A DNA stretch of 64,000 nt from Vermamoeba vermiformis (taxonomy: Eukaryota). Below the pieces are notes generated by a model that was given only the letters and a program-made list of their open reading frames with translations, had not been told where the DNA came from and did not search any database. Both the position numbers and the translations under genes were made by a program. Each line of letters opens with the position of its first letter. Position 1 is the stretch's first letter. The stretch is from NCBI GenBank assembly GCA_045837725.1, contig JBEWZL010000216.1, positions 1-64,000 of the forward strand, given 5' to 3'. Of this stretch, positions 21,962-35,873 are shown in pieces.

Positions 21962-22197
21962 TTCACAACGAGACTTTCGCAGTCCGATTGAAGCGAATGG
22001 CAAGGCGGTAAATGCCGTACAAAAGAGGCTTTCTACCGCCAGGAAGCACCTGTAACAACGTAGCGCCAGGCTTTGCCGTGTTGACGCTACAATTTCCAAT
22101 CTTCAAGCCAGAGCTTCGCGTGACCACGCCTCAATGCTACAGCTGTTATAAGCCAGTCGGTCCTCGCCAATTATTTCTATCCGCAGTGTTGTGGGTT
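21962..22197. ncRNA. Candidate structured non-coding RNA or UTR element (unidentified)
   Basis: Nested complementary helices: 21964-21969/22188-22193, 21984-21990/22154-22160, 21988-21993/22101-22106, 22004-22010/22034-22040, 22060-22065/22085-22090. GC-richer than other spacers; no convincing ORF. Confidence 0.35.
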
Positions 22198-22261
22198 CCG
22201 TTGAAGTGCCTCCTCACCTCTCTAAGATCTGGCTATCACCCCATGTGCTTGAAGCATCATT

Positions 22262-23740
22262 TTAGGATCCATAAAATCGACGGGTGTAAAATGGCGTCTG
22301 TTCACTGAGTAAACAAAAAGGTTAATAATTTGTTCTACGGATATGATGATCATAAACTGTTTGGTTGGCATGACACTTACTGTTTATTTACAACTTTCTG
22401 CGCGATAAAGCACCGCTCGTTCAAGTTCGCCAACAGCCAAAGTTTTCTTCGAATTTCGAAGCCAGGGTACTTGCTCATAAACTGCTCGCTGAACACATCC
22501 ACGCGCTTTTCGATGTTTTGGTAATTCCTCTTAGGCATCTTTAGCGTCAATACTACGAACCCATTGTCCTTTAATCGTGGTACTATTGGTTCAATTGCTT
22601 CAAGAGCTATTTCAGGCTCATGATTGATATCGCACGTCTGGGTACATCCGTTAATCGCGCCAAACCTACTGAGTAAAAACACTTACAATCATGTCTACAG
22701 AGTCCGTGATCTCGGGACCGGCCTTTTGAGACAGCATTTGCAAATGTACGACATTCGGCAGATTTTTGACAACAGTGACTTCAGCTGCATCCACCGCGAT
22801 AACCTTCTGCACACGTTCGCTGTGATCGGGGTTGGTTAGTACCGTCTAAATTTCTGTATTCACGTTGGTTTTACGTACGATAGATATAAACTCCAGCCAC
22901 CAGGAGCTGCACCAACATCGACGCAGATCCAGTCTTTTTCGATCGGGATTACTCCTGTCCTTTCGACAGCTTCTTTAATTTTATGGTAGGCGCGAGAGAC
23001 CTTGTTCTTCTTCACCGAATGAACGGCATTGTCTTTAAATAATTATTAGGCACGTGTCTGAAACCAGCTCAACTGTACCTTCTGAGTAATAATATTTCTT
23101 TGGCGCTATGCCCGTGTAATATTTGCCTTTGACACGCACAATAGATATATAGTGCGTGAAGTTCTTGGGGTGAAAATTGATATTGGGATTTGTTAGGTTG
23201 GGAAAGGTCACCGGTTTGTTTGCTTGCGGACGAATGGAGGTCAAGATCGACTGTTCAGAAGACTTTGGAAATGCTTGCAGCCTAATAAAACTGTTAGTAG
23301 ACGATAATATCACGCGTTTAAATGTTAATTACCGCAATATTTTATTGTCCAGTGATCCTAGGGGTGTTAAATCGAGCTCCGAACTGTCGTGCTGGATTAA
23401 GTAATATCTGACGAATTATAAGCTGCTTTAACAATAAAAAATATTTATACCTGTGCGTGTATCGATATAGAAAAGGATGCGCGAAGCATTTATCAAGAAA
23501 CTGTTTTGCTGAAGTTGGTCGAACGAATATCAAACATTTGTCGAAAAGCTGGACCGTGGGACATAAATCTGACCATTCCTTAAAATATCTATGATGTCAT
23601 TAGATTTTTTGCATAATTATTACGAATTTCTGTGCTTATTAACGATAAATAAAATTGCGTGCCCTTCGGATGGAGACTTACTCAACAAGTCTTGACGTGT
23701 AAATATCAATACACTGAACGATCACATCGCCACGAACCAT
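22262..23740 (-). CDS. FtsJ/RlmM-like SAM-dependent RNA 2'-O-methyltransferase
   Basis: VSRAYHKIKEA, WICVDVGAAPGGWS, VIAVDAA and VLTLKMP motifs across exons. Start MVRGDVIVQC at 23740. Ends at 22377, or at 22262 via an extra exon. Confidence 0.8.
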
Positions 23741-23877
23741 TTCGGTATTGTCAGACTCCATTGTTACTGTATTGTGGCGATCGGATTCAGAACAAAAAAA
23801 AACGGTTAGTTCGAGCATTATTTATTGTTCTGCGCCAAATCAGTCGCCCTCAGTTCAGCAAACACAAAATATAAATA

Positions 23878-26615
23878 ATGACGAGCAAAGCGAAGGAGAT
23901 CGTGCTGGAAGCCTTGGGTGACGCTAAAGCAGACTTGGATGAAGTTGTTTTAGATTATATAATCGGTAAGAATTATAAAATTACATAATTATTACGATCT
24001 TGGGGTTTAAATGGAAACCGGTAACCTCGCATCACGATCAGATCTTGATCGTCAAGAAAATTTAGTAAATTCCTTTTACAAAACTAATGCAAGATTGTTT
24101 CATGATCTAATATTTATAATTTACGCAGGTATCGTGGCCGATTTTAACGAGCAAGATGAAACATTGGTTGATGTCGTTTCTCCGTATCTGGAGGGCGTCT
24201 TCGATGAATCCAAAATCAAAACATTCTGCGATGATGTTATGAATATTTTGCACGGAAAAGGAGTATGTAAACTGTATTTATTGCAAAGTTTCAACCATCT
24301 GATCACGATCAATCCAGAAAAAACAAAGGGGTCCGTCGAAACTGAAATCGGCCGTTAATATCGGTGACATTGTTAAAGACCCCGAAGAAGAACTGCGAAA
24401 GCTGCGTATTCAACAGCAATACGAAGAAATTGTTGGTCGCGAAACTTTCGTGAGTGATCGCAGTCGACTTCTTTTTATTCCTTTGATCTTAACTATTTAT
24501 TAGAGCGAATTTATTAACATCACTAAAACCGACAATAAAAAGAAGAAAAAGGGCCTGGCTCAATCATCGAACGCCCACAACACTACAGTCTTCGTCAAGA
24601 GACGCAAAGCAGGCCAAATCTCACGTCAAGGTCTATCACGTGACGTCCATTTGACCAAGATTGAGGTCTCGGCCGGCGGTAGAAAGTTGATTCAAGAGTC
24701 GGACATCAGCTTGATCTTCGGTCGAAAGTATGGTTTGGTTGGCAGAAACGGCACGGGCAAGTCCACTCTCTTGCGCGCCATTTCATCGCGTGAAATTGAA
24801 ATGCCTACACATTTGGACATTTTGCACGTCGAACAAGAAGTAAGTAGCTCCCTTGTACTAGTGAATAGGCACAGTCTCACACGTACCCAGGTTATTGGTG
24901 ACGAAACTACGGTCATTCAATCAGTCCTCATGTGCGATGTTGAACGTGAAGAACTGCTCACCGAAGAGAAGAAGTTGTTGGCTGACGCTGAAAAAGCTAC
25001 TACTGAAGAGGCCAAGAAGGAAATTGACGCCAAGTTGGCCCATATCTACGCGCAAATGGCCGAATTGGAGATTGACAAAGCTGAAGCAGCGTAAGTTCTT
25101 GAAGTTTAAATAGTACCCCGATATCAACCGCAATATTATCGTAGTGCCTCTACTATTTTGGCCGGTTTGGGCTTCAACCAAGCAATGCAAAAACAGACCA
25201 CGAAAGAATTTTCAGGAGGTTGGAGAATGAGAATTTCGTTGGCAAAGGCTTTGTTCTGCGATCCTGGTACGTGGAATATGACGTGTACAGTATATCCAGG
25301 CTAACACTTTTTTATGCAGATCTGTTACTTTTGGACGAACCTACTAACATGTTAGACGTGAAAACTGTTTTGTGGCTCGAGAACTACTTGACTAAGTGGC
25401 CTAAGACTGTAAGAACAACATTTACTTACAACTTTCACATGCTAATTCAATCTTGTAGTTGCTGGTCGTCAGTCACGATCGTGAGTTCTTGAACCATACC
25501 GCCACTGATATCATTCACTTGCAAGCTGAAGTTTTGACAACATATAAGTACGATTATTTCATACACAACGTGTTATAGGTCCTAATTGTTATACAGGGGC
25601 AATTACGATGCATTCTCCAAGGCTCGCTTGGAGAAGTTGATGACGCAACAAAAGTTACACGAGGCCCAAGAGAAACAACGCGCACACGTGCAAAAGTTCA
25701 TCGACCGATTCAGATTCAACGCTAAGCGTGCTTCACTCGTACAATCACGTCTTAAGATGTTGTCTAAGATTGAAGTCATTCCTGAGGTGGTTGAAGATCC
25801 AACCCTCGCATTCACCTTCCCTAGCACCGAGCCTCTTAAGTATGCAATACAACTATATAAGTGAACTTATAATAATGTAATAACAGGTCCCCTGTCATTC
25901 AATTCCAAGATGTTACTTTTGGCTATAATCCCAATAAGCCCTTGTTCAAGAAGCTCAACTTCAACATCAACATGGACTCGCGCGTTGCCCTCATTGGAGC
26001 TAACGGTATGGGTAAAACCACTCTGTTGAAGGTCATCACCGAAGACTTGAAGCCTACTAGCGGCTACGTAGTCAAGAGTGCTCGCCTAAGACTGGCTAAG
26101 TTCAGTCAACATCACGTCGAACAACTCGATCTGGATCTGAGCCCCGTGCAGTTCTTGCAAAGACACTACCCTGGCAAAGATCAACAACACTACCGTTCAT
26201 TCTTGGGACGCTATGGTATTCAGGCTGATTTGGCTTTGCAACGCATGGACACGTTGAGCGGAGGTCAAAAGTCGCGTGTCGTTTTTGCTTTTATGGCCAT
26301 GATGGAGCCGCACGTGATGGTACTCGACGAACCTATTAACCACTTAGATATCGAAACTGTTGATATTCTTGCTCAAGCACTTAATGACTTCGAGGGAGGG
26401 TAAGTTCGATCTGCGCATCTGATCCGAATCCAAAACAAGTTTGTTCTTCATACTAATACTATTACCACAGCCTCGTGTTAGTTAGTCACGACGAGAGAAT
26501 GATCAACATGGTGTGCGATGAGCTGTGGTTAGTAGAGAACGGTTCAGTAACCGAGTTCCCTGGTGACTTCAATGCTTACAAGGAGATGTGCATGAGAGAG
26601 TTCCAATCTTACTAA
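23878..26615 (+). CDS. ABCF3: ABC-F family ATPase (ABCF3/GCN20-like)
   Basis: N-terminal DEVVLDYI; two NBDs ([52 protein letters not shown]) with the linker [20 protein letters not shown]; no TM segments. Confidence 0.93.
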
Positions 26616-26764
26616 TATAAAAGACAGTTCCCAATAATTAGTTTACATTAAGAAGTTTGGCTTTCGGTATGTACCCGATCATTCAAATAATTTCGTAGAA
26701 ATTCATCTCGGTTTAACGCCGTAGATGTGCGTGTTTATTCGTATTTTGTTGGGTTTATTTATCT

Positions 26765-29207
26765 TTAAACATTATTATCATCTCCACTAGATGAAGACGA
26801 GCTTGAAGTACTATCCTTCAATCGAGTTTTCTCGTTGTCAACTAACGCAGGTTGAATATCATCGAGAGGCACGTGACCAGCCAAAATCGATTCTTTGTCG
26901 GAGCTTGAAGAGGAAGCTTTCTTTGTATTTACATCATCGAAGTCATCGGGATTGACCCAACCACCTAGATCTTCATCTCCTTGTTTGGATCTCATTTGAC
27001 GGTGGATTAATCGTGCGTAGAATCCATTTTTAGCCTATAGAATCGCATTAACGTTATGCTCTCGAACGATAGGGCATTTTAGGTTACATACGACAAGCTG
27101 ATCGTGGCTGCCGCTCTCCAACAATTGACCCTTGTTAATCACGTTGATGACATCAGCATTGCGCACAGTAGTCAGTCTGTGAGCAATAACAATCGTCGTG
27201 CGGCCAACCATCAATTTGTCGAGTGCGTCTTGCACGAGAGCTTCTGATTCTGTATCGAGAGCTGACGTGGCTTCGTCTAGCAAGAGAATCTTGGGGTTCT
27301 TAAGAATAGCTCGGGCAATAGCTACGCGTTGTTTTTGACCGCCACTGAGCTGAGCACCACGTTCTCCGACAGCACAATCATAGCCGCCTTCCAGATCCGT
27401 TGTGATGAAGTTATGAGCATTGGCCATCTTGGCTGCAGTGATGACTTCTTCGTCTGTGGCATCAATCTTGCCGTATCGAATGTTCTCGGCAATGGATCCT
27501 TCAAAGAGAATGGGTTCTTGACTGACCAAGCCAATCTGACTTCTCAACCAGCGAAGATCGAATTCTTTGACATCTACACCATCGACCATGACACTGCCTT
27601 CAATAGGGTCATAGAACCGCTCGAGCAATTGGATCACAGTGCTCTTGCCGCCACCACTAGGACCAACCAAGGCGACAGTTTGACCGGGTTTGACCTCGAG
27701 ATTCAAGCCTTTCAAAACCACAGCTTCTTTGCGGGTAGGGTAATAGAACTTGACATCGTTGAAGTTGATAACACCCTTCATGTCCTCTAGGCGACGGCCA
27801 GTACCGTCTTGAACGTCAATAAGAGTTTTTCTAAGTAATGTCGGTAAGCTACAGTCCAACAAAGTACGTCAGATCCACATTACCTGTTGATAATCTCGAA
27901 GACTCCAACGGCAGCACCTTGAGCTTTAGCAACATCAGGTGTAATCTGTGAGGCCATACCAATGCCCATAGCACCGATTACAATCGCAAAGAAGACCGTC
28001 AACATGTCACCAGGCAACATCTCGCCTGCTATGATCAATTGACCACCGTACCAAAAGCCTAACGCGTAGACACAGAACATGAACAAGAACGCGAAGCCAG
28101 CAGCGATGCCAGACATATGACTCTTCTTCACGCCGAACTTGTAGATGTCGTTCAAGATGTCATTGAATCTCTTGAGGACAGTCATTTCAGCGACGAAAGA
28201 GTACACAGTCCTGATGCCAGAGACTGTCTCTTGCACGACTTGACTCGCCTTGCCCGTGTGCTTTTGGCTGCGTTTCATACTCGCGGCGAAGAATCTAGCT
28301 TGAAGAGCTCCTGCGGCAATCATTGCGGGTGATGTCGCCAACATGACAAGTGTCATTTTCCAGCCTGAAATGAACGCGATGATCAAGCCGGCAACAACTT
28401 GGGTCAGATAGTTAAGTGCCTATATACTATCATTAATACAGAATCTAACTGAAATGACAGCAGCATCACATTTTTCCCGCGCAAAATAGATTTTTTTGTG
28501 AATCGATTTGTGCTCAATCAGAAAAGGTGCGTACTATTCCCAATTTATCGGAGACACCGTTAGAAATGGTGTCAATATCGCCGGATATTTTTGAGATCAG
28601 ATCTCCTGTTTTTGCCGAATCGAAGTAGCCGATCTCTTGTTCGAGTAATGATGAGAATACGGCTCTTCTCATTTTACGTGAAACGCGTTCGCCGTAAATG
28701 GTCCTATTCACAAAAGTATATTAATCAATTGATAGCGCGAAAACTAGTGATTTCACACAAGAAGCATACCAACATAACGTCCTCAAGTACGTAGTCAAGA
28801 ATGCACCAACTCCGAGCACTACGAACATGATTGCTAAGAAAGAGATTCTGGCAGCAAGCGCATCTCCAGTCAGGGTAAAGAGATCATTGAACAAATTGCC
28901 GAACACGAGCGAAAATAACGGAAAAACAGCACCGCTGATGATTGAAAATATGAAACCTATTATACAGAGTTCAATTAGATGCTGACATGTCACCAGATCG
29001 TCGATATAACATACCCAAAGCAACTAACCATTGCGATTTCTCATCGTAGCGAAGCAAAACGCCAAAGGGAATCATGGGCATCTTGGCCTTCTTTTTCTTG
29101 CCGCAGCATCCCTTCTTTTCAGCTTTCTTGCCTGGCTTGTCAGTCGGTAGATCGACCACAACTTCAGGTTCGGTGTCAGCTTTCTTGTTTTTCTTTGATC
29201 GCTCCAT
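26765..29207 (-). CDS. ABCB (MDR/TAP-type) half transporter, one TMD + one NBD
   Basis: TM helices with GERVSRKMR...[49 protein letters not shown]. Confidence 0.92.
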
Positions 29208-29881
29208 TTGTGGTACTCAATATTAAACCTTGTGAGGGATAATGTTTCGTTTGGAGCTCCTTAAATGAACGTGCGCCGTATTTTCGTTTTTACGCCGCCC
29301 GCCAACCAAATTTAGAAAGTCGCTAACTTTTCACGCGCTTCGTCAGCAACATTTCGTGAGTTTACTCTCTGAATTTACTAGAATTTAGGCCCAAGATACG
29401 CACATATACGATTGCGACAATACGCGCATTCTATTAACTTCGTAGAAAGCTGGACTTTACCCGATCGGGTAGAAGGTTCAAGATATTTTTCGTATACTTT
29501 GACAACAATGTTCTCCATCCGTGCTCATTTGATGCCCTTGTCGTAGGAACATGCTGCGTACCATTCGAATTTAAAATAGGTGCCGATCCAACGCTTAAAT
29601 GTAAACTATTTAGATGTAATAACATAATTAATTTAATGATATGTATATGATAAAAGAATCGCAATGGACAAATGATCATTACTACTAAACCGGAGGAACT
29701 TCCGATCAGGAAACTCACGTTCCCTTGCGGGCTCTATGAAATTAAAGCAATCGCACACATTTTATTATTTAAATTAATCAATAACCGAGCCCTACGAAAA
29801 ATAAGTTCGGGTCGGTGTACGACAGCAAGCTTCGTTTGTTTGTTCGCGACAACTTGAGAGATTGGTTTTTTTTTTCTTTCT

Positions 29882-30016
29882 ATGGATTGGAGCACACTTG
29901 CCGTAGAGCTAATAGAGCACACTATTATGTACGGTATCTCCTCACGTCGTTATAATTACGTGTAACCCAGGGTGTAGAAGGTGGAATAACGTGGGTAGCT
30001 TCACATCTCGGGAAGG
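29882..30016 (+). pseudogene. Isolated, degenerate F-box first exon
   Basis: MDWSTLAVELIEHTIMY...CRRWNNVG...SHLGK|gtaaat resembles exon 1 of the 33-47 kb F-box array, but has a frameshift/stop and no downstream exons. Confidence 0.6.
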
Positions 30017-30393
30017 TAAATTTGGAAAGAATTTAACTTGAAGTAAGCGTATTTTGTTGTATAGCCTTCGTTGCGTGCAGTTTCAAATTAATTGTAATTA
30101 TTGAACAATTTTCAAGAATTTAAAATAATGGATTGTTTCTCGGTTTGAAATTGCTGACGATTAGCTAGCGCCGATATTATTTAATACTGAAATATCATCT
30201 TAATGGCAAGTCGGACAGGAAGAGAGGTGGATTGGAAGGCGCGAGTAAGGAATCTACCTCTGTGAGAAAACTCCTGTCGCTTACCAAAAAACTTTAAAAC
30301 TGAATCAAATCAAACTCTTTAGAACGTGTCTACCACAACTCTGCTATGGCGAGTTAGTTTTATATCAATATATTAATATAGTAGCCGAAGATA

Positions 30394-32107
30394 ATGAAGC
30401 AAAGATCCCGAGCGAAACGAAACGCGAGATCACAACAGAACGGTGACAAAAAAAATTCAAAAAATAATAAGCATGTTGAAGAAACGTAAGTAGAAAATTT
30501 AGAGCAGAAAAATCAGTAATTAACCGCGATTAACTGTTTGAAATACGGCTAATTATGGATTTTTCTACAGCAAGCGAGTATCCTCACAAGTTGCAAGGAA
30601 AATTCTGTATTATGTTGTGCCTGTTGTAGTAGTATTAGCGGCTCTAGTGTATTACGATTGTAAGTGTCGATCAGTGAAAAAAAAAAGCTGCGTCAATTTT
30701 TTCTAATTATCTTCAATAGATCATTCAGAGGCAAGCATTGCTCGTCGATTACAAGGCCAACTAGATGTAGATATTAAAGAATTACTATTATCCAGTCGAT
30801 TGTTGCGAACTTATAGCGACGATTGGATCGGATGGCTTTTCAAGAACGAGACGGACTTGACAGCGTATTTAAGCAAATATAATATCACCGATAAATTCGA
30901 AGGATTGTATAGAACGCAAAAGAGCTCTATAAATCACTTGCTGATGTCAGATGCGCACAGTTACATCTTGACTATCGTGCCTGGTAAATTTAACACGATT
31001 TGTTATTCATCATTAAGCTAGTTTTTGCATACCAATACTTTATATCAATAGGATTATTCACATCTTGGTACCCTGGATACATGTCTGACGCCGTTCGTGA
31101 GTTGAAATTGTTGGATTTGGATGTGCGCGTAATTCGACTCAACACTGAAGCTCCCGTGGTACGTTTTGAATACTTGATATAATATAAATGGTCTAATTAA
31201 ATAGAATAGACGAAGAATGCTGACGCTATTCGAGAGTGGGTCTTGAACACCACGAGGACATCCGACAAAAAGATAATTTTCTTAGGACACAGGTGATTAT
31301 GCGGCAATAATAGGACAATTGCATATATATTTATATATATTCTTGTTATAGTATTATGCTGACCGTCGATTATTTAGTAAAGGAGCAGTGGATGCGGCAG
31401 CAGCCTTAGCGATGTATTTTAACGAATTGAACGAGCACGTGGCTGCCTTAGTCGCAATGCAAGGTATTATTAATAATAGGGTACATATATAACAATATTA
31501 ATATTGGTTCAATAGCACCGTATGGAGGCTGCACTTTGTGCCACGATCTAGCCAACACTCAAAATCGCAAAGAATTCGTATTCGGCTTGATAAAAACTAT
31601 ATTAGGAGGTCATCCTGATTGCTTTACTAGTCTAGCATATACAAATAGAAAAGAATGGATATTAAAGGTGAGCACATCCATAACTTTTAAACGGAAGATC
31701 AATTTGCCGCATCCACAACTTTAGCTAACTTCAATTGCAGTATCCTTATTTGGTGGATAAAATTCCTACGATCAGTCTCGCGACATCAGCGTCCATGGCA
31801 TTTTCATTGTTAAAGCCCAGCATCGATTACATACAGCTCCGCTACAATCACACCAGCGATGGCTGTGTTTCGCAAATTGATGCCATTATACCAAGTACGT
31901 TATCGAAGAGCTCCAATACTATAGTATCACGTTAATAACTCGAGTTGGAACTAATTTTTTTTCAGATGCGCCGTTTGTTTATCTGAACGACTTGGATCAC
32001 TTTGGTCCTGCATACGGCTCGTTTCCAGGAATGGGAACCTATCATCCAGCACGATTAATTCTCACCTTGATTAAATTAATTGAAAAGGACATACACAGAG
32101 CGAATAA
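30394..32107 (+). CDS. Alpha/beta-hydrolase (lipase-like) with an N-terminal TM segment; start uncertain
   Basis: IVPGLFTSWYPGYM, IIFLGHS|KGAVDAA nucleophile elbow, QAPYGG, SDGCV and LDHFG motifs across exons. Confidence 0.75.
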
Positions 32108-32297
32108 ATAACCAGTGCAAAATCATTCGAGATCTACAGGAAAAATATAAGTGGATCCGCAACACCACAAGAGCTCTAAATAGTCAAAGCACTGATAATA
32201 TGAGCAAGACACCTCATTCACTCACCGTTAAGCGTATAACTGAAGAGTTTAATTTTTAATGACATGGTGACATAGCTCAGTTGTCGTTATGAGGCAC

Positions 32298-32666
32298 TTA
32301 TCCCAGATCAGGTTCTTGTGGAGGTTGCGGCGGTTGTTGGGCTTTAAGCATTCGAATCATTTCTTCAAGGCGTCGAAGACAATGCTCCAAAGACTCTCCA
32401 AGGCGGTCAAGAGATTCTGCCAATGTCAGGCGGCGCTCTGGTGTACTTGGCGAAGACGAGGCCGAGGACGGAGAGCCACTCTCGGCAGTCGAATCTACAT
32501 ATTATATTGGCGTTAATAGTAGACAGCAGATCAGATCCAAAAGAAAACGTGTTGCGAGCCATTTTTGCCCTTAAGCTATCGAGACCGCAGCTCGAAAAAT
32601 TAACTTACTTATACCGAATGGCCCATCGCCATTGCCATAGCCGTTCGAGTGACCAATGCTGCTCAT
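32298..32666 (-). CDS. Small (~80 aa) Ser/Pro-rich protein with a coiled coil, hypothetical
   Basis: Two-exon model MSSIGHSNGYGNGDGPF-DSTAESGSPSS...LAESLDRLGESLEHCLRRLEEMIRMLKAQQPPQPPQEPDLG*. Confidence 0.5.
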
Positions 32667-33126
32667 TTTCTTCTGTTATTGCGAGACCTAAAATCTATTC
32701 CAAAGAACAATTGAGTCAATTTTCAACTCTGGTTCCATCCTTCAAAAAATTGCGTGCACTTACGTGTAAGGGACCAAGACTAACACGATACTTCTTTTGT
32801 GGTATTGTAACTTAATTTTTTGTTGAATTTAGTTCGGCTGCAAACCAAACTGAAAAGTTATTAGCGCAAAAAGAAGTTTGATATGGAATTACTCCGATAT
32901 TGCCATTCGTAAGCCATATTGCTATTGCTTGCATTACTGGCAGTAGATTATTGGAGGGAGAAGCTGACGTAAACATTTCGCATCCACATGAACAGATCTA
33001 GCCTGCTTATTTTATTTGCGTAAAGAATTCACGGAATTAATTGTTATTTATAATAATATAAGGATCATAGACACCGCATTCACTCCGTTGAGTGTGCGTA
33101 ACTGAAAAAGTTCAATTGTGACCAGG

Positions 33127-35690
33127 TTACATTGACACCAAATGCCATCTTCCATCAATCTTCTTTTCCCGCACAATAATTGCCTTGCCACGCACAACGT
33201 TGTTTTCTAAGCTTGATGCTGTGATTGAATAAGCATTGAATTTCCAGCCTTGATAAGGTCTGTTGAGACAACTTGGCTTCTTGGCATTTCTGAGCAAATC
33301 ATTTGCTACTCTGTTCTCGGAAGATCCATCGCTAGTAAAAAGCATCACGAATCGTTCATCGTTCTGACAAGGTGTCCCAAAGTACGAACTCAGCACACGT
33401 GATGTCATGCATTCGTCTCTTGCCACATTGGCGAAGAAAAATTGCGCAAGCTCGTGTGCGGCAATTTCATGGACCTAAGAATTTATATTATTAGTAAGTG
33501 CACTGCCAGATCAGTCTTGGATATCATGCTATGATAGCGTCCTATTGCTTGATCTTACTTCGACTGTTCCATCAACCTCTATCAACTCCACTTCGATCTT
33601 ACGATTGACTTCAGAGTCGATAAAACTGATCACGCGACAGCCTACACCTTGAGCAACGCCAAGGCGACCATCGCTCAACTAATATAAAGAGTTAGTTTAC
33701 CAGGGCAAGTCCAAAAAAACAAGGGATCTAGACCTAGATCCCATTTTGCCGAGCAGTTTTCGGTTCTATAACTTACCAGTGATATATTTCTAGAGGTACT
33801 TTGTCTCAGGGCTAGTGTATTCATCAGAGACCCGTCACTCATGTCGTAAAAGTACAGTTTGGCCTCGCGATAAATAAGCCACATATTGTTGTAGATCATT
33901 GCGATCGGGAATTTCATCTATAATAAAGTAATGAAAAAAAATACGTCCGATGTGACCCTTCCTGACGTACCACTTGTCCAGCAGGATAAACGACTTCAGA
34001 ATTGTCAATAAAATTCCACAAAATAATTTGCTCTTCTAGTTGAATCACGACCTGATTACGAGTCATAAATCCGAGGGTAACATATCGCTTTTTCAATTGT
34101 CGTTTCCGTTCTTGTTTCGTCAAAATGTCAATGATCGTCAATTCTCCGGACATTACATCGCACTAACAAAGGTATTAACAAAAACATTTAAATCATAGAA
34201 AAAGCTAGATTGTTAATAAGATCGTTAACCAAGTTCATAATATTTTAATTTAATAAGAGAAAGAGGTTACTTACGAGGGCCAAGTGATTATCGTACATGC
34301 GACGCAAAGGTAATTGGTTTTGACAAGCCAAACTAAATATTTCGTCGCATGTCTCCCCGTTATACACCATAATCTTTGGTCTGTAAAAAAAATCGTTAAT
34401 TTTCAAAAAAAATTGTAATTTTAATTGCGAACATCGATTTGACGTTATACTGCTAACATATATGGGCCTCAATAATATAATACTACATCAATTGCTATAG
34501 TAGGCGTCGGCTATATTATATTAAGGGTATAATAATCTTATGGATAGCATTATTTTAGGCTGTGGACTATTGGGACTTACTTCGTAAACGACTTTTGCAA
34601 AATTCCAATGTAATTCGAATCAGAGCAATCATTCTCAATGAGCTCTTTCTGATGAGCGCTCTCTTGAATTTTTAACATAGATTCGTCGTCGAATATGATT
34701 TTCGAGTCCAGGGCTTTTGGATCGAACTTTTTGACTTTGATCCTCCCGTAGGTAGCTCCACCATAATAACCGGAAGGCTAACCATATTAATCGGTGCTGC
34801 AGTATTTTGCGTAAAATCTTACACTATTAGCCACATAATGGTTAATAAATAAGGCTTCCTGCAGATCCATCTAAAAAAATTTTCAATTAGCTACGTTTAG
34901 AAAAAGAAATATTATTGTACCTGAGTAACCTCTTCATTAACTAGATTTATGAAATGCGAGTCTAATCGAGTGACGTTTGCGTAAGAGCTAAGATTGTAAG
35001 TTGTTAGTAACGTCCGCGCGAGTAAAATAAATTGAATTGTACCTGTAGGCCTCCAAAACCTGCCAGTTGACGAGACAAAAATCTTTGTACAAACTGCAGT
35101 TATCAAATTCCAGCGTTTTATCTCGTTGTATAACCTCTGGAGCAGCCAAAGTTCGAACAACACATCTGTAGTTTGTTAGGTCCAGGTTTGAAAATAGAAG
35201 GACCAAATAAATAATAACAATAAATAATAATAATTATTTGTGCTTTTTACCTCCCACTTTTGACGTTGTCACGGACAAGCACGAGATCCACTACTTTAGT
35301 TTTCCAATCGGTCGTTCTCTCATCATACTCCACGATCCCACCGGAAAGTACACTATATACGTTCTATTTTTGAACGGCAGGTAAGTTAAATAATATCTAA
35401 ATTCGTTCGCACAATCGAATTCAACGATTATTTTTGTTAATATTTGAAAACAATTGATCAAAAAATGGCTAAAATTGCGAGAATAATTTTGTTATTATGT
35501 GCAATAAATGCTTTGAAGATTATCACAAATTAATTGTGCCCACTCGCAAATTTACCTTCCAGAAATGCGAATCTGCATCCACTCCGTTCCAGCTCTTACA
35601 AGTCCTACAAGCACTTAGTATTGCTTTTGGAGACACTGTAAAAAATAAAATGCGCTCGAGGAGCTCCAAAGGAATGGTGTTCCACTCCAT
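33127..35690 (-). CDS. F-box protein, array copy 1
   Basis: MEWNTIPLELLERILFF...CRTCKSWN; conserved exon pattern; C-terminal REKKIDGRWHLVSM*. Confidence 0.8.
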
Positions 35691-35873
35691 CACGAACAAA
35701 AACAAATTTGGAGAGTCAACGAAAAAAAAAGTGGAGCTACAGAGCGAATTTCTTTACACCTACCTTACTATGCGCTCTAGGAATTTTTCATAATAACTAT
35801 GTAACGTTTGAAGTTACTTTAATTATTTCCGTCACGATACAAGCACTGCAGATCGCGCTCTACTTCAAACTGG

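Noticed and set aside
21990-22050. snR30/U17 snoRNA (TTCCTG...stem...CCAT on the - strand)
   Set aside because: No basal stem or terminal ACA box in the required position; kept only as an unidentified structured candidate.
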